DNA of 64,000 bases, taken from assembly GCA_036525415.1 (NCBI GenBank), contig DATDAL010000025.1, positions 11,038 to 75,037 on the forward strand, written 5' to 3'. Source of the DNA: Terrimicrobiaceae bacterium (GTDB taxonomy: Bacteria > Verrucomicrobiota > Verrucomicrobiia > Chthoniobacterales > Terrimicrobiaceae). The stretch's first letter is position 1; every line of letters begins with the position of its first letter. A program made the translations under genes and the position numbers. The notes under the pieces are model-generated. The model saw only the letters and a list, made by a program, of their open reading frames with translations. It was not told where the DNA came from and searched no databases. Positions 27,299-38,740 of the stretch are shown piece by piece.

Positions 27299-29002
27299 TC
27301 AAAGGTCGGCGTCAGTCACAGCCCCGAGCGAAGCCGTGGTTACATGTGCGGCGTATTTCGCCAAAACGCCTCGGCGATAACGAGGCTCGGGGCGCTTCCA
27401 AATTTTGAGCCGGGCGACGATTTCGTCCTGCGGAACATCGAGGTCAATTGTTCGACTCTCAGCGTCGATCGTGATCGCATCTCCATTCTTCACGATCGCA
27501 AGCGGGCCTCCGTCAAAGGCCTCCGGAGTAATGTGTCCTACTACGAAGCCGTGCGTTCCGCCGGAGAATCGCCCATCCGTAATGAGCGCAACGTCCTTGC
27601 CGAGGCCTCGTCCCATCACGGCACTGGTCGGCGACAGCATCTCGCGCATGCCTGGGCCCCCGCGCGGACCCTCGTAGCGAATCACAATGACGTCTCCTCT
27701 CTTGATGTTGCCGTCGAGAATGGAACGCATCGCCGCTTCCTCGCTGTCGAAGACGCGGGCCGGACCACCGAATAGCTGGCCTTCCTTGCCGCTGATCTTC
27801 GCGACGGATCCCTCTGGCGCAAGGTTGCCACGCAGAATGACCAAGTGGCTGTCTTTCTTGAGAGGACTGCTAATGGGCGCAATAATCTGCTGACCGGCCG
27901 GATAGGGTTTGAATGGCGCAAGGTTCTGCTTCAGCGTCTTGCCGGTCACCGTCAGACAGTCGCCATGCAGCAAACCGGCGTGGAGCAGCTCTTTCATCAT
28001 CGGGACAATGCCTCCGATCTCGACCAGTTCGCTCATGACAAAGCGCCCACTGGGCTTGAGATCAGCGAGGACCGGCACGCGCTTCCCGATCCGTGTGAAA
28101 TCGTCAATGGTGAGTTTCACATTCGCTGCGTGCGCGATAGCGAGGAGGTGGAGCACGGCGTTGGTGGATCCCCCGAGGGCGATCACCACCGTAATCGCAT
28201 TCTCAAACGCTTCTCTGCAGAAAATATCTGAAGGTCGGATGCCTTTCTCGAGCATCTGAACTACCGCCCCGCCCGCATCGTGACAATCCTGCACTTTATG
28301 CTTTGAAATTGCGGCTTGCGCCGAGCTGTTTGGTAGGCTGAACCCCATCGCCTCGATAGCGGAGGCCATCGTATTCGCCGTATACATTCCGCCGCAGGAA
28401 CCGGGACCCGGAATCGCGCAGGACTCGACGTCATGCATTTCGCGCCTGTCGATTCTTCCGGCGGCCTGCGCGCCGACTGCCTCAAAGACCGAAACAATAT
28501 CTAGGTTTCGCCCGTTCAGACAGCCGGGAAGAATTGTTCCCCCGTAGACGAAGACCGCGGGGCGATCGAGACGGGCAATGGCCATGCAACATCCAGGCAT
28601 GTTCTTATCGCAGCCACCGATTGCCACAAATCCGTCGAAGCCCTGGCATCCGACCACGGTTTCGATCGAGTCGGCGATCACCTCGCGTGAGACAAGCGAG
28701 TATTTCATCCCCTCCGTCCCCATCGAGATGCCGTCGGATATGGTAATGGTATTAAAGATGGTCGCCTTGCCTCCCGCACCATCCACGCCCAACGCCGCCT
28801 CACGGGCCAGTTGGTCGATGTGCATATTGCACGGCGTGACCATGCTCCATGTGGAGGCAATACCGATCTGTGGCTTGGAAAAATCCGCTTCCTTAAAGCC
28901 AACCGGATAAAGCATCGCGCGGCTGGGGGCGCGGCTCTCGCCGTCGAGAACGATGGACGAAAAAGGGCGCAAATCTGACTTTGCAGGGGCTTTCACACTC
29001 AT
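27299..29002 (-). CDS. ilvD: Dihydroxy-acid dehydratase
   Basis: Motifs: [37 protein letters not shown]. The start is placed at MSVKAP (29002); the ORF is open to 29041. Confidence 0.95.
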   Translation of the reverse strand: MSVKAPAKSDLRPFSSIVLDGESRAPSRAMLYPVGFKEADFSKPQIGIASTWSMVTPCNMHIDQLAREAALGVDGAGGKATIFNTITISDGISMGTEGMKYSLVSREVIADSIETVVGCQGFDGFVAIGGCDKNMPGCCMAIARLDRPAVFVYGGTILPGCLNGRNLDIVSVFEAVGAQAAGRIDRREMHDVESCAIPGPGSCGGMYTANTMASAIEAMGFSLPNSSAQAAISKHKVQDCHDAGGAVVQMLEKGIRPSDIFCREAFENAITVVIALGGSTNAVLHLLAIAHAANVKLTIDDFTRIGKRVPVLADLKPSGRFVMSELVEIGGIVPMMKELLHAGLLHGDCLTVTGKTLKQNLAPFKPYPAGQQIIAPISSPLKKDSHLVILRGNLAPEGSVAKISGKEGQLFGGPARVFDSEEAAMRSILDGNIKRGDVIVIRYEGPRGGPGMREMLSPTSAVMGRGLGKDVALITDGRFSGGTHGFVVGHITPEAFDGGPLAIVKNGDAITIDAESRTIDLDVPQDEIVARLKIWKRPEPRYRRGVLAKYAAHVTTASLGAVTDADL

Positions 29003-29061
29003 AAACTCTACCACACTAAGTAAGCGCGTCGCCACGCGCAAAGCGAAAACCGGCGCCGCCT

Positions 29062-30456
29062 TCAGTGAGTTCTCTTGAACTCGATCAATTTGATGGCGTC
29101 TTGCACCTCCGAGGCTTGGTTGGCGTCGAGTTGTCCGCTCTTGAGCGCGGCGCGATAGTTTAGCAGCGCGGGCTCCGCGAGACTCTGCCGTGCGTACGCC
29201 TGGCCGAGGTAAATCCGGTAGTTGGCAGTCGAGATCCCTGCTTTCTCGCCAATGGCGACAAGCTTCTCGAGGGCCTCGGCTTCCCTCGCTGAGTCGTTAA
29301 GAGCCCTGTGAATTCGGGCGCAAAGAAAGAGGGTGTAGGGGTCGTCTGGGGACTGACGAAGGACCTCATCCACTAGTTCCTGCGCCTTGCTTGCTTCGCC
29401 AGTCTCGAGCAGGGCCATCGATTGAACAAGCCTGGCATGGGCTGAGCTATGGTCCGTCGCGAGCACCGCTCTGCTGTAGCGGATCGCATCCTGCCAGCGC
29501 TTGTGAGCTGCGGCAAAGGTGGCGGCGTGTGAGAGAACGGTGATATCGCTTGGCGCGAGTTCAAGCGCTCGCTCGATGCATGATCGAGCTTCCGAAGTCC
29601 GGCGAATGGCGTCGCAATATGTAGAGACCTGGGCAAGATATCCTGCGGTCTCTAGATCGCTGCCGCAACGGAAAGTGCCATCGAGCGAACGCACTGGAAG
29701 CCCAGATCCGTAACGGAACAGAAACCCGTGATTCGTGACGGAGGCCAGGTGCCAGTCCGGCGAGTCCATCAGATGATCGAGAAGCGGTCGATACTCACCA
29801 AGGGTGCCCGAGAGCAGGACGGCGTTCCATCTCGCCCTGCGAAATCCCTCGCGCCACTGCGCAGGATTGGTTGAAAAGCGAACCGAATCTCCCATTGAAA
29901 TGCTTCCTGCCAAGTCTGGAGCGAGAAGCAGCAGATGGGCGAGCCCCGAAGGATTTGCAAAAACTCTTGCCTGATCCAGCGCGCGAACTTGATCGGCTAA
30001 GTCCTTCGGAACCAGCAGCCTCAGATCCGAAACCCTCTCGCCACGCCGGGTGATTGTTTCCCAGACGGACGGTAAGCCCGTCGCCAGAATCAGAGCGACT
30101 GCCGAGCCGAAGAAGATCGCCCGCTTCCGAGATTCGTTCAGCAGCCGGACGACCGCCGTCGCAATGGCCAATGCTGCAAGCGCGGCCAGCGTCCAACCCG
30201 CAAAAACACCCACCCACTGAGCGGCGGCAAGCGTGGAAGCCCCGCCCGATCGCCAGAGATACCCTGCAATCAGATCGATCAATGACGCCCTACCGTATCC
30301 ATCAAGGTTCCGTAGCGACGCGATTCCCCGAATGGCAGCGGCAACGTTCGCCTGTGTCGGAGGAGCGCCGAGCAGCGGCAGCGAGTGAAAAAAACCGCAA
30401 ATTACGGAGGCGATTATCGCTAAAATCGCGTATTTGAAAGATGACGACCTGAACAT
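29062..30456 (-). CDS. Membrane protein with N-terminal TM segments and C-terminal TPR repeats
   Basis: Several hydrophobic helices in the first 150 or so aa. The C-terminal half has repeated A..A/Y..LG TPR-like units ([35 protein letters not shown]...). The start is taken at 30456 (MFRSSSFKY) to avoid overlapping bcp. Confidence 0.7.
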   Translation of the reverse strand: MFRSSSFKYAILAIIASVICGFFHSLPLLGAPPTQANVAAAIRGIASLRNLDGYGRASLIDLIAGYLWRSGGASTLAAAQWVGVFAGWTLAALAALAIATAVVRLLNESRKRAIFFGSAVALILATGLPSVWETITRRGERVSDLRLLVPKDLADQVRALDQARVFANPSGLAHLLLLAPDLAGSISMGDSVRFSTNPAQWREGFRRARWNAVLLSGTLGEYRPLLDHLMDSPDWHLASVTNHGFLFRYGSGLPVRSLDGTFRCGSDLETAGYLAQVSTYCDAIRRTSEARSCIERALELAPSDITVLSHAATFAAAHKRWQDAIRYSRAVLATDHSSAHARLVQSMALLETGEASKAQELVDEVLRQSPDDPYTLFLCARIHRALNDSAREAEALEKLVAIGEKAGISTANYRIYLGQAYARQSLAEPALLNYRAALKSGQLDANQASEVQDAIKLIEFKRTH

Positions 30457-30503
30457 TCCGGAACTAGCTGTGAGAACTTTGCGTTCGTGCTCGATTTCAA
30501 ACC

Positions 30504-31010
30504 ATGAAGCTAACATTGATCCTTCTTTCCGCCATGAGCCTATTTGGATTCTTAGCCAAGGCTGAACCCCTTGCCGTGGGCTCGAAGGCCCCTGTCGTCA
30601 CCGCGATCGACCAGGACGGCGCGCCCGTTGACTTCGCCGAAGTGTACGCCAAAGGGACGACCCTCGTGTATTTTTATCCGAAGGCTGGCACTCCAGGCTG
30701 CACCGCTCAGGCCTGTTCACTGCGCGACTCGTTCGCGGATCTCACAGGGGAGGGGCTGCAGATCCTCGGTGTGAGCGAAGACAAGCCGGAATCTCAGAAA
30801 AAGTTTCAGGAACAAAACAGGCTGCCGTTTCCGCTGATCGCCGATAGCGACGGAAAAGCGGCGGCGGCATTCGGGGTGCCAACGACTATGGGACTCGCAA
30901 AGCGGCAATCTTTCATTGTCAAGGATGGCAGGATTGTTTGGACCTCTCTCCAAGCGAAAACGGGAGAGCACGCGCAAGAGGTTAAAGCCGCGCTTGATTC
31001 GCTGAAGTAG
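30504..31010 (+). CDS. bcp: Exported peroxiredoxin, Bcp/AhpC-TSA family
   Basis: 168 aa. Signal peptide MKLTLILLSAMSLFGFLAKA. Active-site motif YFYPKAGTPGCTAQAC. Confidence 0.88.
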   Translation: MKLTLILLSAMSLFGFLAKAEPLAVGSKAPVVTAIDQDGAPVDFAEVYAKGTTLVYFYPKAGTPGCTAQACSLRDSFADLTGEGLQILGVSEDKPESQKKFQEQNRLPFPLIADSDGKAAAAFGVPTTMGLAKRQSFIVKDGRIVWTSLQAKTGEHAQEVKAALDSLK

Positions 31011-31841
31011 GCCGAACGCTCTTTGCTGCTCAGCTCCAAGTTCGCGATGAATCGAAGCGTTGTCTCCATCGCGAAGAAATTCACCGCGACGAGCCCCGAG
31101 CAAGCCAGTCCTTGCGGAAGCCTTCCTCGTCTCGCAGCGTAAACGATTGGGAGCCCAAGCAACAGATGACGGAAACGAAGGAAATCAGCCGGGGCCCCGG
31201 AGTGGAAGGGCGAATCCCCGCGAAGTATACCTCATGGTACTCATGATCTCCTCCTCACGGAGCGAGGAACTCGCCTCGAGATGCCCAAAACCGGCCGGAC
31301 GCGATAGAGGGTGATCGCAACAATCGCCGCAATCCAGAGCGGCCCTTAATTCAGCCAGTTACCCGCTAGGCAATAACCGTTGCGGCCTCACTAGCAAGTG
31401 CTAGGCAGCTCCGAGTCGTCTTTTCCAGGTCACGTCAACCCCGTGCCATATGACCAACGATTCGCCCTGAACGGCCTACTCACACTGTTTCTGAATGCAC
31501 TGGGCATCAAAATAGACGCGTCCATCACATTTTTCTTCTTCCAATACGAAACCAACTCAAGTAGCAGGGCAGGGATGACGCAACCCCTCCAGTGCCACAG
31601 GCCGTGTGTGGGCAGGAATGGCACGTACCACGGACTCGCGCGGCGTCTCGAAGAGTCTTATGACACGGAGACAACTTCTCCGAAGGAAACACCGGATGAA
31701 CCCGCCGATTCGCGGGAAACTTCCTACGAACTTCAATACTCCGGCCCCAAACCAATTGATCGACGCCATCTACGACGATCGCTTTGAAGCCGACCTGGCA
31801 CTGCATCTCTAAAGACAACCTCAGCAGGACGCAACTTTTTA

Positions 31842-34121
31842 GTGCAAGCCAACCCCGAGCAACGGATGCCTCAGTTTGACAGAGACGTTATCGACTTTCA
31901 TCGGCTAGCCAATCTTCTCCGAGCAAAGGCTTGGATCATCGCCACGGTGATATGCGTCACCTTTTTGGCTGCTGTCGGCTACATAGTCTGGACGCCGAAG
32001 ATTTATCTATCGAGGGCGGTTATTCAGGTCCCGCAGGAAACCCGAAAGGTCTTTGATGTCTCCGACGATTCCGGGGATAAGCCCGAGACGCTCGATTATC
32101 TGAACTCCGTGGTTCAGGCCTTCACGAGCAGAAATCTGATGCTTCGGGTTATAAAAACAACCGGTCTTGACAAGGATCCGAGTTTTGCTCCGCCCAGAAG
32201 GGATGGTTCTCCACATACCGACATCGAACTTGCAAACCGGATCGCCCAAAAGGTTGGGATCTCCGTACGCCGCGGCACTCGTATAATCGATGTCACGGTT
32301 TCCGACGAGAACCCACGGATGGCTCAAAAGCTTGCCGTAGCATTTATCAAGGAATTCCTGCGAGAAAACTTCGAGCAACGCCGGGGGCTCTCCCGTCTCG
32401 CGAGGGAGTTCCTTCAGGAGGAACGGCAGGAGCTCAAAGCGAAATTGGAACAGGCCGAGCGCAAGCTACAGGCCTACCGAACGGAGAACAAAGCCGTTTC
32501 GCTTGAGGAGCGCCAAAATATTATCGTTGAGAAACTTAAGGAACTTAACACTACGGTCACGGAGGCCAAGAGTTCTCGTCTTCGGATAGAGGCGGATCTC
32601 GATCAATTCAAAAAAATTAACCCCGAAAACGTGGATGAGCTTCTTCGCATCAGCAGCGTCAGCAAGATCCCACAGGTCGCCCTGATTCGGGAGGAATTGC
32701 TGAAGGCAGAGACTGTGTTCGCGGCGTTTAAGAAACGTTATGGGCAGGGGCATCCAAAATACATCGAAGCGCTGACTAGTGTCGCAAACCTCAAGGAATC
32801 GCTCGCTGACGCACTCTCGAAGGCGGGTGACATCCTGATACGCGAATACGAGGCGGCGCGAGAGGCCGAGGAGAAGCTCGACCAGTCGTTGCGGGAACAG
32901 GAGCAGAAGGCGATGGAACTCAATCGAATCGCAATCCCATACAATGTTCTTCAGCGGGATGTGGAGTCCGATCGCTCCCTGTTCGAATCGGTTAATCTTC
33001 GCCTCAAGGAGACTCAAATAACCGGCGGCTTTGACAACCCGCCGTTCTACATGATCGAGGACCCGCTGGTAGCCGCCTCTCCAAGCAAGCCGAGAAAAAA
33101 GCTCATTCTTGCCTTCGCTCTCGTCCTGGGCGTTACGCTGGGAGTGGGCGTCGTGATCGGAAAGGATGCCATCGACAGTTCGTTGCGAACCGTGGACGAA
33201 GCGGAGTCCTACCTGGAACTTCCCGCCCTCGCTACAATTCCGGATCGGCGTAGCACGGAGCTCATGGACTCTGCCAAGAAAATGGTCCATGAGCGGGATT
33301 TCAGCGCCGCCACCCGTCTCCTCAGAGAGAAGAGTCGCCACTTCGTCAACGGCAGCGACGTCCCCAAGAGCCTAACGGGCAAAGATGACCTTCATCCGCT
33401 CATCTTAGTTAAAGAACCCGGCTCCGAACAGGGCGAAGCGTTTCGCACGCTTCGCGCGTCAATCTCCCTTCTTGGCAAGAAATCTCCGTTTCGCAGCTTC
33501 CTTTTTACAAGTGCAATACCTTCCGAAGGCAAGACGTTTACCGCCCTCAATTTTGCCTCCTCCCTCGCCCAACAGCGCTTCAACACTGTCCTCGTAGACG
33601 CCGATATGCGGGAGCCGCGCCTCCAGAATGATTTGCTTGAGGAGGCAGGCGACGTCCCCGGATTGACCGACTTGCTGAGCGGTCAAGTTGAATTGGACGA
33701 TGCCTTGAGCCCAACAAAGCACGACCATCTTGTCCTGCTTCCAGCCGGTAGTCGCGCTCCCGATCCTGCCAAACTCCTGGATAACGAGGACTTTTGCCGC
33801 ATCCTCGAACAGTTGCTCCGCAACCACGACCGCGTCGTCATTGACTCACCGCCGATCAACGCGGTGAGCGACACACTCTTGATCGCCGCCTATGTTCATG
33901 CCACGTTCCTCGTCATTCGAGCGGGCAAGACCCCGAAAAGAGCGATCCGCCGGGCATTACAGCAATTGGAACAGGCGGGTGCAAACGTGCCCGGCTTCAT
34001 CTTCAACCGTCTCCCCTTAGGGGGCGGCAGTGCAGCCTACTACTACTATCACTACGGCGATCGCTACGCAAGGAACGGCGCACACAAAGAATCTGAAGCT
34101 CACCTCTCTAGCGGTCGATGA
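31842..34121 (+). CDS. Polysaccharide co-polymerase with C-terminal BY-tyrosine kinase (GumC/Wzc-like)
   Basis: 759 aa. N-terminal Wzz-like TM plus a long coiled-coil periplasmic region and a second TM. Kinase motifs: Walker A SAIPSEGKTF, A' VLVDADMREP, B VVIDSPPI. C-terminal Tyr cluster AAYYYYHYGDRY. GTG start; an alternative ATG at 31866. Confidence 0.9.
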   Translation: MQANPEQRMPQFDRDVIDFHRLANLLRAKAWIIATVICVTFLAAVGYIVWTPKIYLSRAVIQVPQETRKVFDVSDDSGDKPETLDYLNSVVQAFTSRNLMLRVIKTTGLDKDPSFAPPRRDGSPHTDIELANRIAQKVGISVRRGTRIIDVTVSDENPRMAQKLAVAFIKEFLRENFEQRRGLSRLAREFLQEERQELKAKLEQAERKLQAYRTENKAVSLEERQNIIVEKLKELNTTVTEAKSSRLRIEADLDQFKKINPENVDELLRISSVSKIPQVALIREELLKAETVFAAFKKRYGQGHPKYIEALTSVANLKESLADALSKAGDILIREYEAAREAEEKLDQSLREQEQKAMELNRIAIPYNVLQRDVESDRSLFESVNLRLKETQITGGFDNPPFYMIEDPLVAASPSKPRKKLILAFALVLGVTLGVGVVIGKDAIDSSLRTVDEAESYLELPALATIPDRRSTELMDSAKKMVHERDFSAATRLLREKSRHFVNGSDVPKSLTGKDDLHPLILVKEPGSEQGEAFRTLRASISLLGKKSPFRSFLFTSAIPSEGKTFTALNFASSLAQQRFNTVLVDADMREPRLQNDLLEEAGDVPGLTDLLSGQVELDDALSPTKHDHLVLLPAGSRAPDPAKLLDNEDFCRILEQLLRNHDRVVIDSPPINAVSDTLLIAAYVHATFLVIRAGKTPKRAIRRALQQLEQAGANVPGFIFNRLPLGGGSAAYYYYHYGDRYARNGAHKESEAHLSSGR

Positions 34122-34490
34122 CCCCCGATTGAGCTTGAGCGGACTAATGTTCCGCACCGGCAGACACGACGAAGACCAAGGAAGGTCCGGTAACCACTCC
34201 GATGACCAAGGGCGGCAGCTTGGAAACAGACTGGAAGTGCGGAGTCAAGAACCGCCGGCTCGCGTACAAATCGGTCACCTAAGAGGGCGTCGCGTCGAGT
34301 TGATTCCCATTTGCTGCCCACACTTACGCAGTTCCGTTGATAGCCGCCGGTTAAACTCGCGTTGCCGCACGTTTCTGACGCTTTCCTCTGGAAGTTTTCC
34401 TTTGCCCCTTTCCTTGAGAGGGGCGATGGCAGTCGCTTGCCGTCAGCTCTCATAACCCATCGAAGAGCGTTCGGGAACACCTCGACGCCA

Positions 34491-36008
34491 ATGTCGACCC
34501 TCCATCATTCAGTCCTCGAGCCTCCTCTGCCCGCGTTCGGCAGGTTCAGAGACAGCTCCAATGCGATACTTTCCAAACAGAATCGCTTTTGGATGGAGGA
34601 CGTCTGCCGCTTTTGTTTGCTGCTATCCGATGCGATTGTAATCATTGGCTCGCTCGTCACGGCCTACTATATTCGTTTTAGAGTATTCCCGCACATACCC
34701 TCGACGGAATCATTCCTAACACCCACTAGTCGAATGCATCTCGCCAGCTATTACCCTAGCATTCTTGTTGGCGCATTGCTTCAGCTCATTCTCCTCCTCG
34801 TAGGCGGCGCTTATAAGACCCGCACACTCCTTCGATTTCGCCGCTTCGTTCCCCAGCTCGCCAAGTCAGTCGTCATTTGGGCTGTCGTTTTTCCGGGCAT
34901 TTTGTTACTGCTAGGGCTTGACAAACATGTAAGTAGAATCTTTCTATTTCTTTCGTTTGCCCTTCTACTTACGTTCCTTGCCTGGTCGCGCTTTCTTGTT
35001 CAACGCATTGCCCTAAGACTGGAAGTCACCGCAGCGTTTCGGCAACAGATTCTCTTTGTCGATTGGACGGACAAGACTTCCAAGATCGCAGAGGCCGTCA
35101 TGGCTGACCGATGGCATCCGTATGAAATAGTAGCCTGTGCCCCTCCTCCGCAAGGCGACTTTGCGAAGGATCCGCCGAAAGAGATTCCGGTTCTGGGCAG
35201 CTATCAGGAGATCGATACTCTTTGTGAAAAGGGACTAGTCGACATCGTGATTCTAGGCGATGGACAGAGGACTCAACAGGAACTTATACAGCTAACCCGG
35301 CAGTGTGAAAGGGCAATGGTGGACTTTATGGCCATCCCTTCAGGCTTTCAGATTCTTGTTTCCGGTCTCGGATTGACCACAGTGAGTGGCGTGCCCCTAC
35401 TCGGAGTGACCAAGCTTCCTCTCGACAACCCGCTCAATGCCGCGTCAAAGCGGGTAATAGATATTCTCGGATCGATTCTGGGCCTCTTGTTGGGTATCCC
35501 CCTCCTAGCAATCATCGCACTCGTCATTTATCTCGAGTCTCCCGGACCAATATTCTTCACCCAGGAAAGAATTGGAAGAAAGGGGCGAAGATTCAAAATG
35601 ATAAAAATCAGGAGCATGACTCTGGATGCTCCGAGAGATGACCGACTGCATCAGAGCACACTCGTTAACGATCCGCGTCTTCTCAAAGTGGGAAAAGTTA
35701 TAAGGCGCTTCAACCTTGACGAAATTCCTCAGTTTTTCAATGTTCTTCGGGGCGATATGAGTCTCGTCGGTCCGCGCCCGGAACGCACATTCCATGTTGA
35801 TCACCTCCGACAGGAGGTCAGTTGCTACAACCTCCGGCACAACACCATACCAGGCATGACCGGATGGGCCCAGATCAACGGCTTTCGCGGGGATACCGAC
35901 CTGAGCGAGCGGATTCGATGTGACATTTACTACATTGAAAATTGGAACTTGATTCTCGACCTGCAGATAATGTTGATGACTTTCTTTCGTCTAAAGGGTG
36001 CACACTAA
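34491..36008 (+). CDS. Initiating polyprenyl-phosphate hexose-1-phosphate transferase (WbaP/EpsB-type bacterial sugar transferase)
   Basis: Multi-TM N-terminus, central Rossmann-like linker, C-terminal sugar-transferase domain PGPIFFTQERIGRKGRRFKMIKIRSM and DEIPQFFNVLRGDMSLVGPRP. The ORF is open from 34362. Confidence 0.9.
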   Translation: MSTLHHSVLEPPLPAFGRFRDSSNAILSKQNRFWMEDVCRFCLLLSDAIVIIGSLVTAYYIRFRVFPHIPSTESFLTPTSRMHLASYYPSILVGALLQLILLLVGGAYKTRTLLRFRRFVPQLAKSVVIWAVVFPGILLLLGLDKHVSRIFLFLSFALLLTFLAWSRFLVQRIALRLEVTAAFRQQILFVDWTDKTSKIAEAVMADRWHPYEIVACAPPPQGDFAKDPPKEIPVLGSYQEIDTLCEKGLVDIVILGDGQRTQQELIQLTRQCERAMVDFMAIPSGFQILVSGLGLTTVSGVPLLGVTKLPLDNPLNAASKRVIDILGSILGLLLGIPLLAIIALVIYLESPGPIFFTQERIGRKGRRFKMIKIRSMTLDAPRDDRLHQSTLVNDPRLLKVGKVIRRFNLDEIPQFFNVLRGDMSLVGPRPERTFHVDHLRQEVSCYNLRHNTIPGMTGWAQINGFRGDTDLSERIRCDIYYIENWNLILDLQIMLMTFFRLKGAH

Positions 36009-36155
36009 GAGCCTATAAGGTTCGTTTCCTGCGAGTTAAGTTCGTTTGTTACTTCCTCTACAACGCATTGGTTTACAGAGAAATGCTCTTCAGCGAATAT
36101 ACCTCCCGGAACACCCGGGAGCAATGTCGGCCCATTTTCATTTTCGAGCCCATTC

Positions 36156-37484
36156 TTGAGCACACTTCTTAGGCAGCGTCTCGATGTAATTCTCTCAAGA
36201 AGGCTCGGCGCGAACTATTTCTGCTACTTTGACAGCATCTTCTGGCTGGCGAGCGAGAAAGCGCTTCAGTTCGCCTTGGCTCTTTTTGTGGGCGCCTATG
36301 TCGCGCGGTTTCTCGGACCCGATCAATACGGTCTTCTCGGGTACGCTCAAGGCGTTGTCAGCATAGCGGCCGCAATCACGACACTCGGGATTGATAACAT
36401 TGTAGTCCGCCAATTAGTCATCGATTCGACGAAGCGAGATGAATACCTTTCTGCCGCCGCACTTTTACGACTTATCGTTGGCCTGTTCTTCGTTGTTCTG
36501 GCAGCGATCTACTGCGCGGCGTCCTCTTTCTCGGATAGCAGTCCGCACCTTATTCTTATTATGACGCTCGCTCTGCCATTTAGCGCCATTGGCGTTTTGG
36601 CACTAGACTTACAGGCAATTGTCGCCTTGAAGCAGGCAGCACTTGCGAGGGCGTCCCACTCCGTTATCTCCTCCCTTTTGAGGCTCATGAGCGCTCTCTT
36701 CAAGTTTCCATTGGTGGCCCTTGCTTGGATAAATGCACTAGACGGCCCGCTTTTCGGAACACTCCTCGTGGGGTGTCACCGCTGGGTGGCTCCCGCTGTG
36801 AGGTTCAAAATTCCCCGACTATCGACCCTTGCCTACCTGTGCCGCCAAGGATGGCCGCTATTGCTTTCCAGCATTTCGGTCATTCTCTACATGAAAATGG
36901 ATCAGATTATGTTGAAATTCATGTGCGGAGACCTCGAGACGGGCATCTACCTGGCCGCGGTCCGCCTTAGCGAACTATGGAATTTTATTCCAGTCATTAT
37001 TTGCTCTTCCGTTTATCCCTCGATTCTCAAAGCGCGTGAAGGCGACTCGGTCAAGTATGCCAGAAGGATGCAATTGCTCTACGACGGTCTCTATTTCCTT
37101 AGTGTGGCGTCGGCGGTATTCAGCACCTTATTTGCCGCGCCAATCGTGAAGACCTTGTTCGGCAGCGCGTATCTGGCTTCGATTCCTGTTTTGCAAGTTC
37201 ATATCTGGTCGACGATTGCTGTCTTTCTTGGCGTAGCTTTAGGCCAATGGCTTCTGGCGGAAGGCCTCCAGCTTATCAGTGTTATTGGGACAGCACTTGG
37301 TCTTCTGGTTAACCTCATGCTCAATCTGGTCCTGATTCCCAACTACGGCGCTCTTGGAGCGGCGTTTGCAACTACAGTCTCCTATTCCGTCGCCGTTTTT
37401 GCCCCGCTTCTGCTCACTCACCAAACCCGTGCTGCTTTCAACATGCTTCTAAGATCCGTCTTTCTTCATCGGATATGGCGATGA
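36156..37484 (+). CDS. wzx: Polysaccharide flippase (Wzx, MOP superfamily)
   Basis: 442 aa, hydrophobic throughout (about 12 helices) with a basic N-terminus and typical Wzx length. TTG start. The call rests on topology and context. Confidence 0.8.
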   Translation: MSTLLRQRLDVILSRRLGANYFCYFDSIFWLASEKALQFALALFVGAYVARFLGPDQYGLLGYAQGVVSIAAAITTLGIDNIVVRQLVIDSTKRDEYLSAAALLRLIVGLFFVVLAAIYCAASSFSDSSPHLILIMTLALPFSAIGVLALDLQAIVALKQAALARASHSVISSLLRLMSALFKFPLVALAWINALDGPLFGTLLVGCHRWVAPAVRFKIPRLSTLAYLCRQGWPLLLSSISVILYMKMDQIMLKFMCGDLETGIYLAAVRLSELWNFIPVIICSSVYPSILKAREGDSVKYARRMQLLYDGLYFLSVASAVFSTLFAAPIVKTLFGSAYLASIPVLQVHIWSTIAVFLGVALGQWLLAEGLQLISVIGTALGLLVNLMLNLVLIPNYGALGAAFATTVSYSVAVFAPLLLTHQTRAAFNMLLRSVFLHRIWR

Positions 37485-37539
37485 GCCTTCGTAGCTGTAT
37501 GCGCCGCACTTGCGCCCACGAGGCAGTCACCCTGAGGGT

Positions 37540-38251
37540 TTCCAGCTATGACTATTGACTACTCCCATCGTCAAAACCGGCATTCCATCGCTGGAGCGGC
37601 CGCTGCACTCCCGCAGATCCTCTGTGGCTGGCGCCCTGAAAGCATGCTGGATGTTGGGTGTGGAACGGGCACATGGATGAGGGCGGCCTTGGATATCGGA
37701 GTGAGAGACGTACTTGGAATAGATGGTGTCGAAGTGAAGGGCGATGACTTTGCGGTGGAGCCTTCGCGGCGCGCAATAGTAGACTTGACGCAAACGTGGC
37801 GGCTTGAACGCCGTTTCGATCTCGTGCTCTGCCTGGAGGTTGCTGAGCATCTGAACGAGCCGGACGCGCCGACTTTGATCGACGCCTTAGTCGCTCATAC
37901 TGATTACGTCGTATTCTCCGCAGCCTGCCCAAATCAATGCGGCCAGCATCATGTGAATTGCCAATGGCCGCGATATTGGCAATCACTTTTTAACCAGCGC
38001 GGATTTGTCTGTAGCGATGAAGTGCGCTGGCGGATCTGGGACGATGAGCGGATCGAGCCATGGTACCGACAAAACATGTTCGTTGCGACGCGTGACGAGA
38101 ACATGGCAGGCCTCGATCCCCGAATCAGGCCAGTTCTTCACCCGGGGGTTTGGTCGAGTACCGCTAAAGCGGTCGAGCAAGGATACCTAGAATGGCATTG
38201 GTACGTATCATCTGTTCCCTTGGCGTTATCACGCAAAGCACTGCGTCGCCT
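37540..38251 (+). repeat. Arm 1 of a roughly 0.71-kb inverted repeat (pairs with 55904..56618)
   Basis: A manual codon-by-codon comparison shows collinear nucleotide homology. It runs from 8 nt upstream of the ATG (TTCCAGCTATGACTATTGA) to the ...GCACTGCGTCGCCT codons near the 3' end. Confidence 0.8.
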
Positions 38252-38276
38252 GAAATGGATGACTCGACGCGGTTGA
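37548..38276 (+). CDS. Class I SAM-dependent methyltransferase (paralogue 1 of 3)
   Basis: 242 aa. Motif I LDVGCGTGTWM and post-I/II LCLEVAEHL. About 90% identical at protein level to the gene at 55855..56610, and clearly homologous to 54358..55086. Confidence 0.85.
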   Translation: MTIDYSHRQNRHSIAGAAAALPQILCGWRPESMLDVGCGTGTWMRAALDIGVRDVLGIDGVEVKGDDFAVEPSRRAIVDLTQTWRLERRFDLVLCLEVAEHLNEPDAPTLIDALVAHTDYVVFSAACPNQCGQHHVNCQWPRYWQSLFNQRGFVCSDEVRWRIWDDERIEPWYRQNMFVATRDENMAGLDPRIRPVLHPGVWSSTAKAVEQGYLEWHWYVSSVPLALSRKALRRLKWMTRRG

Positions 38277-38740
38277 AGCCATCTTGAATCACACGCTTCA
38301 TCTCCCGCTTGAAGGCGATATCAAAGCGGGATCGCAATGCGGCAGTGAAACGTCGGCGCAGATCGCCATTGAGCAGGCCGCGCAGCCGGGCACCGCGCTC
38401 GCTGTCAAGGTTTTCCGGCGCGAAGAGAAAAAGGAATTTGCTGCCCGCCAGGGTCTCTTCTCCTTCCTCTTGGAGCTTGCGGTGCTCAGTGCGCCGTACC
38501 TTATCGACGGCTTCGTTGAGGTGCTTGGCGACATCAAACCGGTCAAATCCCACGCAATTCCCAGAAGAGCCTCCAAGAGGCACTCATACTGGAAGAAGTT
38601 TAGATGCCTCCATCGCTTGACCCTGGTGTCATGGGTCGGGCAAAGCTTGCCGCACTGCGGACATCCAAAGCGCTTGCCCTCATCGAAATCCAGCTTCAGA
38701 AGCAATCGGCGCGGTTCACCTTCAAATCGACATTTCCCTC
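38277..38740 (-). mobile_element. Internally deleted ISL3-family transposase relic
   Basis: Two out-of-frame pieces. The N-terminal Zn-finger piece reads FGCPQCGKLCPTHDTRVKRWRHLNFF. The second piece reads GFDRFDVAKHLNEAVDKVRRTEHRKL...FLFLFAPENLDSE...LL.GDLRRRF.AALRS (ISL3 'FDRFHV...LLKNPENL' region). The DDE core between them and the C-terminus are missing, and no terminal inverted repeats were seen. Confidence 0.65.

Noticed and set aside
31398-31787. 129-aa ORF in the long leader upstream of the polysaccharide locus
   Set aside because: It has no RBS, an odd composition, overlaps other equally weak ORFs on both strands, and has no motif.
32466-33341. 291-aa minus-strand ORF inside the Wzc-like gene
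   Set aside because: It is the shadow frame of the coiled-coil region, and the plus-strand product has coherent Wzz/BY-kinase architecture.
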